Shown: positions 48,954 through 59,161 of the stretch, in pieces
How positions within the stretch are numbered: position 1 is the stretch's first letter
How the letters are laid out: every line of letters starts with the position of its first letter
DNA from: a virus
Direction: 5' to 3' (one strand)
Length of the DNA: 64,000 nucleotides
Virus record (IMG/VR): IMGVR_UViG_3300042473_001368
Position numbers and translations under genes: made by a program
Notes under the pieces: model-generated
What the model saw: only the letters and a program-made list of their open reading frames with translations
Database searches by the model: none
Told to the model about the DNA's origin: nothing

Positions 48954-49625
48954 ATGAAACCTTTTATGAAAGCAAAAAAATGGAAATATAAACTAAACGA
49001 CAACTCTGATGAAGCTGAAGTTTCAGAAGGTTACCAACCTCAAATTTTTATAACACCTCAAGCAAGTGGCGGCATGTCACAACAGCAAGCAAGTCTAAGG
49101 GTAGTAGAAAATACTATCTTTTTTTATGGCGAGGTAAATGATAGCACATGTCTGGATCTCAACGCGATCCTTATTGATCTCGATGCTAAAATCTGGAACA
49201 CATTTGCGTTTATTGACTCTGCTACTAAGCCTCATATCAAGCTTAGAATTAAATCTGATGGAGGAGAGATCTTCTCCGCTCTTTCAACTATCGATGTTAT
49301 CAGAAATCTTAAGTGCGATGTCTATACATATGTAGATGGATGCGCTGCTTCTGCTGCAACACTGCTATCTATTTGCGGTAAGAAGAGATTCATTGGTAAG
49401 AATGCATTCATGTTGATCCACCAATTATCTGCAGGTAGTACTGGTAAGTTTAAAGAGCTTGAAGACAGCTTTGAGAACTGTAAAGTTGTAATGAAACTTC
49501 TTAAGGATATCTACAAGCAATACACGAAGATAAACATGAAAACTCTTAACGAGATTCTCGATCATGACTTATGGATGGATGCTTCTACGTGTTTGAACTA
49601 CGGGCTTGTTGACGAGATCATTTAA
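48954..49625 (+). CDS. clpP: ClpP-like serine protease
   Basis: I.SDGGE, G.AASAAT, MLIHQLS, D.WMDA..CL.YGLVDEI. Confidence 0.85.
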   Translation: MKPFMKAKKWKYKLNDNSDEAEVSEGYQPQIFITPQASGGMSQQQASLRVVENTIFFYGEVNDSTCLDLNAILIDLDAKIWNTFAFIDSATKPHIKLRIKSDGGEIFSALSTIDVIRNLKCDVYTYVDGCAASAATLLSICGKKRFIGKNAFMLIHQLSAGSTGKFKELEDSFENCKVVMKLLKDIYKQYTKINMKTLNEILDHDLWMDASTCLNYGLVDEII

Positions 49626-51163
49626 GCCTGCGCAGTTTTAAACTCGTGTACTACCTGAGTTGCGGGTGTAGTTATGAACTTGTTAATACTATTGTTCATA
49701 GCTGCATTCCGCAACGCTTCATTTGAAGTGTATAGCTTGAGAGGTACATTGTTGAAGTGATGTGAGTGAGGTTCAAGCTCAACTGTATTAGGTGTACTAA
49801 CCGCATACACTCTACCATCTGCTCCAAGTACTCCAATTACAGTACCTTCTACTAACTTGCCAAATACTTTCGTCTCATATGTCTGCTGTACTTCAACAGG
49901 AGCACTTATATGATTAACATATGTTTCGCCTTCTGTATAAGTTGAGCCACTAACTATAAGATTCTTTGCAACACCTACACTTGAATCAAGTAGTACTTGT
50001 CTTGGCGATCTTATCATGATACGAGGAGCAAATATATCTACATACGTAGAACTGTTTAATGTAGCTCCTCCTACACCTGAAATATTAACAAGTGTACCAG
50101 CTAGTTTAACGCTTGTACCGCTGAATGTTATAGGTCCTGTTGTTTTAATCTGAACACCGCCAGACCCTACCATCACATTATACTTATTACCAACTGTAAG
50201 TGTTTTTGTACCGCATGGAAAGTTGCTCGCGTTATCAACTTCTTCTACAAGTGGCAATTCACCGAAGTGTCTAAATACACTCTTTTTAGACACACCTATT
50301 TCTGTAACGCATGATCTACCTTCACTATCTATACGAACAGAAGGATAGTTATTAACTACAGCTCCAATTGTCTCGATGCTGTGTCTTTTAACTGAAGAGA
50401 TCTCATCACCTCCATTACCAAGCTTGCTCTCTATCACAGATAGCTCATCTTGGATTTCAATCATTCGATCCTTCAGGTTTGCCTTTGCTGAATTAGTAGT
50501 CCATTGTCCATCCTGAGTCGAAGAAGAGATACTAGCACCATAACGGATAATTCCAGATGCACTTGTACCAGTTTGCTGACCAAATGCTTGATCTATATTA
50601 CCTACATCAGGTGATGTTTGCGCTGGTGGGTTTGTTGATTTATCTGGTATTGGAGCGTAAGATGTAACTTCATCTACATCACTATTCACACTTGGAACTT
50701 TAACATAACCACTAAAGTTATTGTTAACGGATAGTCTCGAATTTTTACCTAAGTCAGGATTGCTTATTCTTTGCCCGCTTAGACCTCGTAGTAAATTAAA
50801 CTGAGAGTTAATAGCAGCTATATCTTTGTACTTGTCTCTCCATTCTGCGTGTTGCTCAACTTGCTCCTTAGTAATATGACCCTTTAATTCATATGAGTTA
50901 CCACCAACACGTACAATATTGTCTTTCTCTACATACAGTGAGTTAGTATTACCTACAGTGTGAAACTCGTCAAATAAAACTGTAGTCTGCTTATTGTTTG
51001 TAGCTAACTCATTTGTAACAACATTATTGATAGCTATATTTGACCCAGCATATTGAGAAATTTTAATTTCTTCTCTATCAGTAGAGTTATTAATTTCTAT
51101 CGTACCGCCTCGTTGATTAACGATTAGTTTATTGCGGTAATCTTTTGTACTAGATTCTTTCAT
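49622..51163 (-). CDS. Baseplate hub/spike gp5 C-terminal-like (beta-helix) protein
   Basis: Beta-strand repeats (TLTVGNKYNVMVG), directly after the gp5 OB-fold ORF. Confidence 0.55.
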   Translation of the reverse strand: MKESSTKDYRNKLIVNQRGGTIEINNSTDREEIKISQYAGSNIAINNVVTNELATNNKQTTVLFDEFHTVGNTNSLYVEKDNIVRVGGNSYELKGHITKEQVEQHAEWRDKYKDIAAINSQFNLLRGLSGQRISNPDLGKNSRLSVNNNFSGYVKVPSVNSDVDEVTSYAPIPDKSTNPPAQTSPDVGNIDQAFGQQTGTSASGIIRYGASISSSTQDGQWTTNSAKANLKDRMIEIQDELSVIESKLGNGGDEISSVKRHSIETIGAVVNNYPSVRIDSEGRSCVTEIGVSKKSVFRHFGELPLVEEVDNASNFPCGTKTLTVGNKYNVMVGSGGVQIKTTGPITFSGTSVKLAGTLVNISGVGGATLNSSTYVDIFAPRIMIRSPRQVLLDSSVGVAKNLIVSGSTYTEGETYVNHISAPVEVQQTYETKVFGKLVEGTVIGVLGADGRVYAVSTPNTVELEPHSHHFNNVPLKLYTSNEALRNAAMNNSINKFITTPATQVVHEFKTAQA

Positions 51164-51164
51164 A

Positions 51165-51899
51165 TTATTTCTTTACATTTTCGAACACACCAGGTTGTGT
51201 TAATGACTGTTTTTCACAATCAGGTTGGTCATGGTTATACATAAGACTTATCTCTCTATAGTCGTGACGTACACCAAAATAGACAGGAAAGTTTGTATCG
51301 CCATTATAGTGAAACACCCACACTTTTGTACCTATCTCTGGTACACCAAATACACCCTTCGACTTATTTACTTGTTTTGATGGACGAGTGAGAAAACTAT
51401 ATGGGTTGTTGTTAGCTGTCATCAACTCTGTTGGATCACGAAAAGCATCTCCTATTGAGCCACCATATTCTTCATAAAACCAAGCTGGTGAAAAGCTTCC
51501 ATTCTCTACTGAAGGTGATTCTGTATTATTAGTTTCGAACTCATCAAAGTAATCAGTATCTGAGATTGTACATATTTGTCCATCAGCATTATATCGTCCT
51601 GGGCCACCTTCACCGAAAAGCGGTGCGCATGGCTCAGCCCAAGGAATAAAATTTGATATCTCCTCGTAAATCTTTGTATCAGACCAGCTATCATTTTTAT
51701 TGTTAGATCCTGGAAAGCGCATACTAAACTTTTTGTAATCTGCTAACCAGTTCTGCAATGGTTGATTACTTATTTCTGGAATGTATACTTTCACTCTGTA
51801 TAAGCTTCGAGGATCGTTATTTTTAACTACGATGCCTTTATAGAAAGATGTGTCATCTCTCTTATACTCAACAGCACTATTTACACCACGAACAAACAT
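51165..51899 (-). CDS. gp5: Baseplate hub gp5 N-terminal OB-fold protein
   Basis: YKGIVV.NNDP....RVKVYIP, WAEP, GVFGVPEIGTKVWVF..GD..FPVYFG. Confidence 0.75.
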   Translation of the reverse strand: MFVRGVNSAVEYKRDDTSFYKGIVVKNNDPRSLYRVKVYIPEISNQPLQNWLADYKKFSMRFPGSNNKNDSWSDTKIYEEISNFIPWAEPCAPLFGEGGPGRYNADGQICTISDTDYFDEFETNNTESPSVENGSFSPAWFYEEYGGSIGDAFRDPTELMTANNNPYSFLTRPSKQVNKSKGVFGVPEIGTKVWVFHYNGDTNFPVYFGVRHDYREISLMYNHDQPDCEKQSLTQPGVFENVKK

Positions 51900-51957
51900 T
51901 ATAACTATTTATCGGAGACCACTTGATCTTCAATAGATAGGTAATATAATTGATTAT

Positions 51958-52770
51958 ATGTTAGTATCTCACGAAACTCCTATTTCCTATCTCGATGAAT
52001 CTCGTAAGTATAATGATTATGATTATGCATTGTGTCACTTATTTGAGACGCATCCAGAGTATTACAACTTTTTTAAAGTAAGTCTAGCGCAAGGTCGCGA
52101 AGTACTACTTGATAATTCTATCTTTGAATTGAAGACTGCATTTGATCCTGATAAGTTTGCTAAGTACGTTAGAGAGTTGAAGCCTACTTATTATATTGCT
52201 CCTGATGTTCTCGAAGATTCGCAAGCTACAATTGACTCGTTCAAAGCGTTTCGTGAAAAGTATCCTGATTTGCCCGGCTTATGTATTGGTGCTGTTCAAG
52301 GTAATACTTTTCAAGAAATTGTAGACTGTTATAAGTTTATGTCTGAAAATGCAGACTATATTGCAATCTCTTTTGACTTCTCGTGGTATCAGCAAATTGG
52401 TTTATCGAATAGTAAAGATCCTGCACTAGCGAAACTTGAAAAGATGTCATCAGGTAGACGTATGATGATTAGTATGTTGCAAGAGAATAATATTTGGAAT
52501 TACAATAAGCCTCATCACTTGCTTGGTAATTCACTGCCGCAAGAGATGAAAGAGTATTGCTTTACGCCAAGCATTCGAAGTGTTGATACATCTAACCCTG
52601 TTGTTGCAGGTATTCATAACATTCGATACATTACCAAATACGGTATGACATGCAAGCCTTCTGTGATGCTCGCTGATCTAATTGATATTGAACTTAACGA
52701 AGATCAAAAAGAAGATTTGCAGTTTAATGTTAAAGAATATCGCAAGCTTACAAAATTCGATCAACGATAA
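51958..52770 (+). CDS. dpdA: DpdA-like DNA 7-deazaguanine transglycosylase (TGT fold)
   Basis: SHETP, LLDNSIFE, IAPDVL, GAVQG, PHHLLG, SVDTSNP; context with queF. Confidence 0.75.
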   Translation: MLVSHETPISYLDESRKYNDYDYALCHLFETHPEYYNFFKVSLAQGREVLLDNSIFELKTAFDPDKFAKYVRELKPTYYIAPDVLEDSQATIDSFKAFREKYPDLPGLCIGAVQGNTFQEIVDCYKFMSENADYIAISFDFSWYQQIGLSNSKDPALAKLEKMSSGRRMMISMLQENNIWNYNKPHHLLGNSLPQEMKEYCFTPSIRSVDTSNPVVAGIHNIRYITKYGMTCKPSVMLADLIDIELNEDQKEDLQFNVKEYRKLTKFDQR

Positions 52771-53387
52771 TGAGTATATATAAAGATAGATGCTGGGTCG
52801 CATTCTTTTCTCAATCCGGAAAAGAAATCTGCGACATTTCTGAAGCTATTGGCAGGTATCCTGATGTAGTGTTTACTGATAACACTACCATTAGTAAACT
52901 CGATCCCCGGATTGTAAACTGCAGAAAGCTTATCATTCGCAAATATAGAGGACTTAATAAGTTCCAGCAAATGAGATACTACACTGAAGATATACCTGCA
53001 GGTAAGATGTTTGATGCTTCTACCGTTGTAACACTGCATGGATGGCTTAATATCGTACCAGGTGCTGTGTGTAGGTTGTTTGATGGTAAGATGTTTAATG
53101 GCCACCCTGGTTTGATCAGTAAGTATGAAGATCTTAAAGGTAAAGATCCGCAGGTTAGATGCTTTAATAATATCGAGAAGTATGAACGTGTTGGTAGTGT
53201 TGTTCATGTTGTAACTCCTGGTGTTGATGAAGGTGAAATCAAATATGTTTCAAGCACAGCAGCAAATAAATGCGTTAATCTAGATACAACCTACAAAGTT
53301 TTAGCTAATACATCTCTGAGATGTTGGTTGCAGTTCTTTGAAAAGGAACTAGGCTATACTATTAAAGATGAACATATTTGTAACTGA
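52770..53387 (+). CDS. dpdN: PurN-like formyltransferase (DpdN-like)
   Basis: FFSQSG, LHGWL.I, NGHPGL....LKG, VH.VT.GVDEG.I. Confidence 0.75.
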   Translation: MSIYKDRCWVAFFSQSGKEICDISEAIGRYPDVVFTDNTTISKLDPRIVNCRKLIIRKYRGLNKFQQMRYYTEDIPAGKMFDASTVVTLHGWLNIVPGAVCRLFDGKMFNGHPGLISKYEDLKGKDPQVRCFNNIEKYERVGSVVHVVTPGVDEGEIKYVSSTAANKCVNLDTTYKVLANTSLRCWLQFFEKELGYTIKDEHICN

Positions 53388-53904
53388 TGACGATCCAATT
53401 ATAGCTGCTCATAATTTATGCGACCAGCATGTCAAAAGTAAAATGCAAATTGAAGGAGCTATTATGTTAGCTCATGCATTTGATCAAGAGACTCTCAATC
53501 ACGAATCTACCCCTCGTACGCAATCTGGAAAGGTACGTAAGAGAGGTAGGGGATATTTTAACCATCAGTGCTCTATTTGGGCTAGAGAGTCTCTTGAAAA
53601 CTTTGAATGGCTTGTAGAGCATACGCTTGAAATGTTTAACGAGCGACGAGTCAGACTTCCGGGATCGAAAGACCATTTTACAGAAGGCTTTATTAAATGG
53701 TGTAAAGCTAATAAGCATAACACTATTATTGCGCAACGTCCTATGACACCTTATGCGATTGCAATCAATGCAGATAGCAATTGTCGTAAGATTCCAAACT
53801 TCGAAGCTCTAACAACTGTTGATAAGTATCGTGAGTTCATCATTCACGATAAAGAATTTGCTACATGGTCTGTAAGAAACAAACCAACCTGGTACAAAAA
53901 GTAA
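53368..53904 (+). CDS. Pyrimidine-dimer DNA glycosylase (DenV-like)
   Basis: MNIF..D.DP..AA..LCD.HV..KM..E...ML, H.CS.WARES..N..WL. Confidence 0.8.
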   Translation: MNIFVTDDDPIIAAHNLCDQHVKSKMQIEGAIMLAHAFDQETLNHESTPRTQSGKVRKRGRGYFNHQCSIWARESLENFEWLVEHTLEMFNERRVRLPGSKDHFTEGFIKWCKANKHNTIIAQRPMTPYAIAINADSNCRKIPNFEALTTVDKYREFIIHDKEFATWSVRNKPTWYKK

Positions 53905-53937
53905 TTGATTTCTCCTTTAATTAAATTATAATATATT

Positions 53938-54498
53938 ATGATTGTTTCATTTAGTGGTGCACAAAGCACGGGAAAAACTACTCTTCTTAACTATCTACAA
54001 GAGAAGAATTGTCATATAGCATTCGTACCTGAGGTAACTAGATTAGTAAAGCGTAAGTATCATTTACCGATCAATGAAGATGGTACTAATGTTACTCAGC
54101 TTATGATTGTAACTGAGCACTTGCGCAATGTGTATAAGTTTGCAGATTATACTAACGCTATCTTAGATCGATGCGCTTTAGATGGACTTGTATATACACA
54201 ATGGCTTTATAATGAAGGTAAAGTAGATAAGTGTGTACTAGATACAGCTAATACAATCTACGATCAAATCATATCGAAATATGATTTAATTTTCTACACT
54301 TCTCCTGATGATGTTGTATTGACTGATGATGGAGAAAGAAGCGTAAACGCAAAATTCAGATCTGATATTATTGAAATATTCAATAGCTATATCGCTAATT
54401 TACCTAATGTTGTTACGCTTCGCGGAACTGTAGAAGAACGTCTTAAAACTATCAAAAAAGAGATTGAATCTCGCAAACTATCCTATATACTTTTATAA
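53938..54498 (+). CDS. P-loop nucleotide kinase (dNMP kinase/AAA_28-like)
   Basis: GAQSTGKTT, PEVTR, DRCALD, G.VEER. Confidence 0.8.
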   Translation: MIVSFSGAQSTGKTTLLNYLQEKNCHIAFVPEVTRLVKRKYHLPINEDGTNVTQLMIVTEHLRNVYKFADYTNAILDRCALDGLVYTQWLYNEGKVDKCVLDTANTIYDQIISKYDLIFYTSPDDVVLTDDGERSVNAKFRSDIIEIFNSYIANLPNVVTLRGTVEERLKTIKKEIESRKLSYILL

Positions 54499-54502
54499 CT
54501 TT

Positions 54503-55429
54503 ATGTCAAAACTAGATAACTCGAACATCAGTAAACACCTCGGTAAGTCGTCAGAGTACGCTTGCTTCTACGATCCATCTCTTCTTGTTAGAGAGCCTCG
54601 ATCGTCAAATAGAACTCATCTCGATCTTCAAGATGATAACCTACCATTTGTTGGTAGTGATACCTGGAATGGTTACGAAGTAACTGCACTTAGTAATAAT
54701 GGCTTGCCGTTTTTCTGTGTTGTTAAATTCACATATCCGTGTGATAGTAAGTATATTGTAGAGTCTAAGTCTCTTAAACTGTACTTTAACTCGTTCAGTA
54801 TGACTAAGCTTGGCGATACACAAGAAGAAGTCTTTGCAAGTATTAAAGAGAAAGCTGAAAAAGATCTTAGTGAATTGCTCGAGACTACAGTAATTGTAGA
54901 GACTTTCTCTAATTTATTCTGTATTGAAAGCGCTAGAACTATGGTAGCTGAATGGAATCTTGATGAAGAGTCTCAGCAATCTCATATCACTATTGAAGAT
55001 ACATACCCTATTGAAGATATTGTCTTTGAAAAATATCTCGAAGATCCTTCTTTGCTACGTGTTGTAGATGCTGAAGTTCCTGTTTCGAGATATCATAGTG
55101 CATTGCTTCGCTCGAGATGCCGTGTAACTGCGCAGCCAGATTCTGGTGATGTGTTTGTACACATCAAAGGTAAAAAGACCGTTGATCCGATTTCTCTTCT
55201 TGAATATATTGTCTCGTTCAGAGATGAGTGTCATTTTCATGAAGAGATTTGCGAAGCGATCTATAAGAGATTGTGGGATCTTCTTGAGCCAGAAGAATTG
55301 AATGTAATGTGTCTTTATGCTCGACGTGGTGGATGGGATATTTGCCCTGAGAGAGCATCGAACGAGAAGCTGCTTCATTCAAGTCTAGGAGATGCTTCTT
55401 GCGTTCATGTAAAAATGCCACGGCAGTAA
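54503..55429 (+). CDS. queF: 7-cyano-7-deazaguanine reductase (bimodular QueF)
   Basis: IVESKSLKLYFNSF, SRCRVTAQPDSG, FHEEIC, YARRGG. Confidence 0.92.
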   Translation: MSKLDNSNISKHLGKSSEYACFYDPSLLVREPRSSNRTHLDLQDDNLPFVGSDTWNGYEVTALSNNGLPFFCVVKFTYPCDSKYIVESKSLKLYFNSFSMTKLGDTQEEVFASIKEKAEKDLSELLETTVIVETFSNLFCIESARTMVAEWNLDEESQQSHITIEDTYPIEDIVFEKYLEDPSLLRVVDAEVPVSRYHSALLRSRCRVTAQPDSGDVFVHIKGKKTVDPISLLEYIVSFRDECHFHEEICEAIYKRLWDLLEPEELNVMCLYARRGGWDICPERASNEKLLHSSLGDASCVHVKMPRQ

Positions 55430-55442
55430 TAAATAAGATTAT

Positions 55443-55769
55443 ATGCCATCGGTCCCGACTAGTAACAATGGGTCAACTTTTTACAATCAGAACGATTGTA
55501 AATCTTTCAAACAGACATTAGCAGCAGGTTCTCTTGTTGCGCTGTCTGCTTATACATGCTCTGAAGTGTTAATAGTCAATCGGACCGGTGGCAATATTCT
55601 TGTTTTTGATAACAATAATTTTAGTGTTCAAAATAGCTTCTTAATGAAGAATGATGAACAATATACATTCAGAGGATTAACAAATACTTCTGTTGTATCT
55701 ACAAGTGGTGCTGCGACGGGCGATATCTACTACAGATCGCAATTTTATAGTTTACTTCCGCAGCGTTAA
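55443..55769 (+). CDS. Late beta-rich hypothetical protein
   Basis: AATAAATA upstream. Confidence 0.65.
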   Translation: MPSVPTSNNGSTFYNQNDCKSFKQTLAAGSLVALSAYTCSEVLIVNRTGGNILVFDNNNFSVQNSFLMKNDEQYTFRGLTNTSVVSTSGAATGDIYYRSQFYSLLPQR

Positions 55770-55784
55770 CTATAAATAGTCTTG

Positions 55785-58727
55785 ATGAGACTATTTAGCG
55801 AAAAGGTTAATCCGACCTTTAATAGCTCAGGCTATAACATCCTTACAGTTAAAGACTACACTGAAGTCTTTTTCGATGTCTATGAGTTTGAGATAAATGG
55901 ATCCAGGTTTGTTGCAGAAAAAACAGGTGTGTTTGAAGACTCACCTATTGTTTCTATTCCTGTTGATCATAACAATATTGTAGAGCAGTATGACTTTGTA
56001 CTTCATAAAGGAAGTCAAAGCATTCATTTCGATCCCTCTACAACATCTACACCTTCGCATCTTAAATCTACCTCAGATGTAGAGCCTCTTCTTGTAGAGA
56101 GCGTCGAAGATGAAACAGATGAAGTATTTCTTGAAGATAAGAAAGTTGCAATCTTAGAAGAAATTGAAAAGGCTAAAGTTGCTGCTGCTAAGTATATCTC
56201 TCAGATCGAAAAACAAAATAAGAGAGAACTGGTAAATTACCAAACAGAAAGAGAAGTAGCTCTCAAAGAAGACATCGACAAGCAAAAAAGAATTCTATTA
56301 GATGAATTTTACACCCTAGTAGAAGGGCTAAGAGTCAAGATTGCAGAAGAGAGTAATGATGCTACTTTAGAGTTGAAAGATCTTATCTCTGATCAACTTA
56401 AAAAAGTATCATCAAATGTAGATGCGCAAATTGCTTCTGCTGAGCAAGCTATCGATACAAAGATCGAGGAACGTGCTAATGAGTTATTGAATAATGTTCT
56501 GCTCAGCGAAGTAAAACGTTCAAGCAAAGATATTGCGGATAATCTTAACAGTCAAGTTAAGACAATAGCAGAAAATATTTCTAAGTCACTAACCTCTACT
56601 AAGAAACAGATAGAGGTAGATATCACTGAGAAGCTCCAAGAGATCTCAACGGAGCTTAATGCCAAAGACAAAGCTATAGTCGAACTCAATGATACCGTAA
56701 ACAAGCAGAGCAACAGGGCTCTCAGTAGGATCGGTACTGTTAAAACACAGTTAGAAGGTACAGTTAAAGATGTAGTTGATTCACTCGAAGCGCGTATCGA
56801 CTCTGCGTCAGATAAGCTTACAAAATACTACAGTGAGAAACTACAACTTGTAGAAGCCTCATTGTCAAATGCCTCTGAGCATACAAAGAATCATATCATA
56901 GGTCTCATTAAGGAATCATATCAAAGCTTACAGGATGATATAGCTAATATAAAAGTAACAGTACCTAATATTGTTATTGAGAAGTCAAACGGTAAGCAAG
57001 AGATTGACGTTACAGCTCTTAGAACTGAACTTGAGAAGTCTGTAAGTGGTCGATTTGTAAATGAGATAGCTTCTCTTAAGCGTCTAATTGAACTTTCATC
57101 TGGTGGCGGTTCTGTCGCTATGCAATTTGCAGCTGGCGGCACAATGAATGGCAATCTGAATGTAACTGGTCAGTATTTGTCTGCAGGTGTAGATCTGCTG
57201 ACGATATTTTCAGGCGGTGGTGGTGATGATACTTATGTTAATACTTTAGTAAGATCTAATAGTGCTAACTGGGACGGAGCTTACAACACAAGTGTTATAT
57301 ACCAATCAAATAGCGCCACCTACGCTACTATAGATTTTACAAATTCTAAGTTCTTTACTCTATCTGGCGGAACTGTAACAGGTCCTACGACGTTTAACAA
57401 CAACGTTACGATTCAAGGTAATCTAACTGCTTTAGGAACAACTACTTTTAACAACACTATATTCTCTGTAACTAGCGCGTTGAGTGTTGTTCATGTAGGT
57501 GGTGGGCCAGCTATGTGGGTTGGTAATAACGGAACAGGTGATATTGCATCCTTTTACGACATCGACCAAAACATAGAAGTGTTACATGTAGGTGGAGTTA
57601 ATTCAACGTTTCCTAATGTTGGCGTTCATACATCTACCCCTAACGAAAGATTTACTGTATCAGGAAATATCAGTGCTAGTGGAAGTGTATTTGGAAACAA
57701 TTTAGTGTACACAGCTGGAGATCAAACAATCGCCGGAGCAAAGACATTCTCTAATAATATTGTTGGCAATGGCACTGCTAATAGATTGCCAAATCAATTA
57801 GCAGTCGCTTCATCTGATATAATTACAAAAGGATTAGCTGATTCGCGATATACTAGCAGAAATGAAAGAATAACAGACGACACTACATTTCTTCAAACCA
57901 CATGGGAGCAATTTTTAGATTTTGATGATCAGTATAATGCTGATCTAACATTAGCTGCGGCTTCTGGCGGGACAACATTCGGCGCGTCTCCAGCAGTATT
58001 TGGCGATGTGTGGACTACAAGTAATGCTGGTGTTACTGCTTTTAGTGGAAATGATGCACATACTCACCGTGGCATTTTTCTTGTCAGAGGGCCAACAGCA
58101 AGCAGCCAAGCTTTTTATATTGGTATAAACAGAACAACTATACCGTATAATTTAACAAATAGAATAGATGAATTCACTTGTCGTGTATTTGTAGGTAGTA
58201 CTGATTTTAGGACGCAAGGATACTTTAAGATTGGAATAATACCAAAAGGCGGAACAGGTGGCGCTGATCAATCTCTACGTGGAGGGTTAATTTTTAACCC
58301 GTACTTAAATTCAACTAATTTAGTTCTTGGAGTTAATAAGGCCGCTACTGCATCACCATACACATTTACAACTACATCTGCAAATGTTGATTTTTTAGAT
58401 ACTGGTGTTAATTTTATTGACCTACTAGATAAATGGGTAAATATTACTTATAGAATTGATCGCAGTGTCGGGCCTACTATCACCATAATTATCACTAGAG
58501 AGAATGTAATTCTATTTCAAGCTAGTTATAATACTGCCACCGATCCTGTTGTTAGTACATGGACTAGAAAAGCTGACTTATATCTTCTAGGAGCAAGTAA
58601 TGAGATTGGCATACAAAATGGAAAATTCACTTATACCACACGCTCTCAACTTCACATAGATTATCTATACTATAAAGTAACAGGAACTTCTGCCGCACCA
58701 TCAAATTGGAACTCACTAAGATTTTAA
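55785..58727 (+). CDS. Large virion/fibre-like protein: acidic coiled-coil N-half, Gly/Thr/Asn beta-rich C-half
   Basis: TATAAATA upstream; GGGSVA.QFAAGGTMNGNL, GGTVTG, TAGDQTIAGAKTF fibre-type motifs. Confidence 0.7.
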   Translation: MRLFSEKVNPTFNSSGYNILTVKDYTEVFFDVYEFEINGSRFVAEKTGVFEDSPIVSIPVDHNNIVEQYDFVLHKGSQSIHFDPSTTSTPSHLKSTSDVEPLLVESVEDETDEVFLEDKKVAILEEIEKAKVAAAKYISQIEKQNKRELVNYQTEREVALKEDIDKQKRILLDEFYTLVEGLRVKIAEESNDATLELKDLISDQLKKVSSNVDAQIASAEQAIDTKIEERANELLNNVLLSEVKRSSKDIADNLNSQVKTIAENISKSLTSTKKQIEVDITEKLQEISTELNAKDKAIVELNDTVNKQSNRALSRIGTVKTQLEGTVKDVVDSLEARIDSASDKLTKYYSEKLQLVEASLSNASEHTKNHIIGLIKESYQSLQDDIANIKVTVPNIVIEKSNGKQEIDVTALRTELEKSVSGRFVNEIASLKRLIELSSGGGSVAMQFAAGGTMNGNLNVTGQYLSAGVDLLTIFSGGGGDDTYVNTLVRSNSANWDGAYNTSVIYQSNSATYATIDFTNSKFFTLSGGTVTGPTTFNNNVTIQGNLTALGTTTFNNTIFSVTSALSVVHVGGGPAMWVGNNGTGDIASFYDIDQNIEVLHVGGVNSTFPNVGVHTSTPNERFTVSGNISASGSVFGNNLVYTAGDQTIAGAKTFSNNIVGNGTANRLPNQLAVASSDIITKGLADSRYTSRNERITDDTTFLQTTWEQFLDFDDQYNADLTLAAASGGTTFGASPAVFGDVWTTSNAGVTAFSGNDAHTHRGIFLVRGPTASSQAFYIGINRTTIPYNLTNRIDEFTCRVFVGSTDFRTQGYFKIGIIPKGGTGGADQSLRGGLIFNPYLNSTNLVLGVNKAATASPYTFTTTSANVDFLDTGVNFIDLLDKWVNITYRIDRSVGPTITIIITRENVILFQASYNTATDPVVSTWTRKADLYLLGASNEIGIQNGKFTYTTRSQLHIDYLYYKVTGTSAAPSNWNSLRF

Positions 58728-58730
58728 GAT

Positions 58731-59078
58731 ATGAACTTAACAACAAAACAACAAATAGATATTGACATCGCCAGTATAGAAGCATCAGCAACCACATTCT
58801 TAAATGCTGTCAATGCTGCTATACATTCTCTCAATGACTCTCACCAAGTTTTTTGGAGTCTACCTGACGATAGATTGACAGCAGTTCTACAAAAGCTATA
58901 TGACAACAATCAACTCTTGTCGTTATTTGCTAACCATGAATACAGTGCAACATCATTGAACGAAATTAAAAGCAGAGCAAATTCTAAAGGCTGCGAGGCA
59001 ATCGCAGCTGCTGGTAGAGAGTTTCAGATTGTTAATGGTGTTGTGTCCTTGATTGTTAAACCGATCGCAGAAATATAA
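58731..59078 (+). CDS. Hypothetical protein (possible fibre chaperone)
   Basis: Immediately after the fibre-like gene. Confidence 0.6.
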   Translation: MNLTTKQQIDIDIASIEASATTFLNAVNAAIHSLNDSHQVFWSLPDDRLTAVLQKLYDNNQLLSLFANHEYSATSLNEIKSRANSKGCEAIAAAGREFQIVNGVVSLIVKPIAEI

Positions 59079-59097
59079 GGTACTCTATTATTAACTT

Positions 59098-59140
59098 AAA
59101 GACCCGCTACAATCATAAAGATGTAGCGGGTCTTTTTTTT
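59098..59140. terminator. Bidirectional terminator
   Basis: AAAGACCCGCTACA/TGTAGCGGGTCTTT. Confidence 0.85.
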
Positions 59141-59161
59141 CTATGAAGAACGAATTAGATA

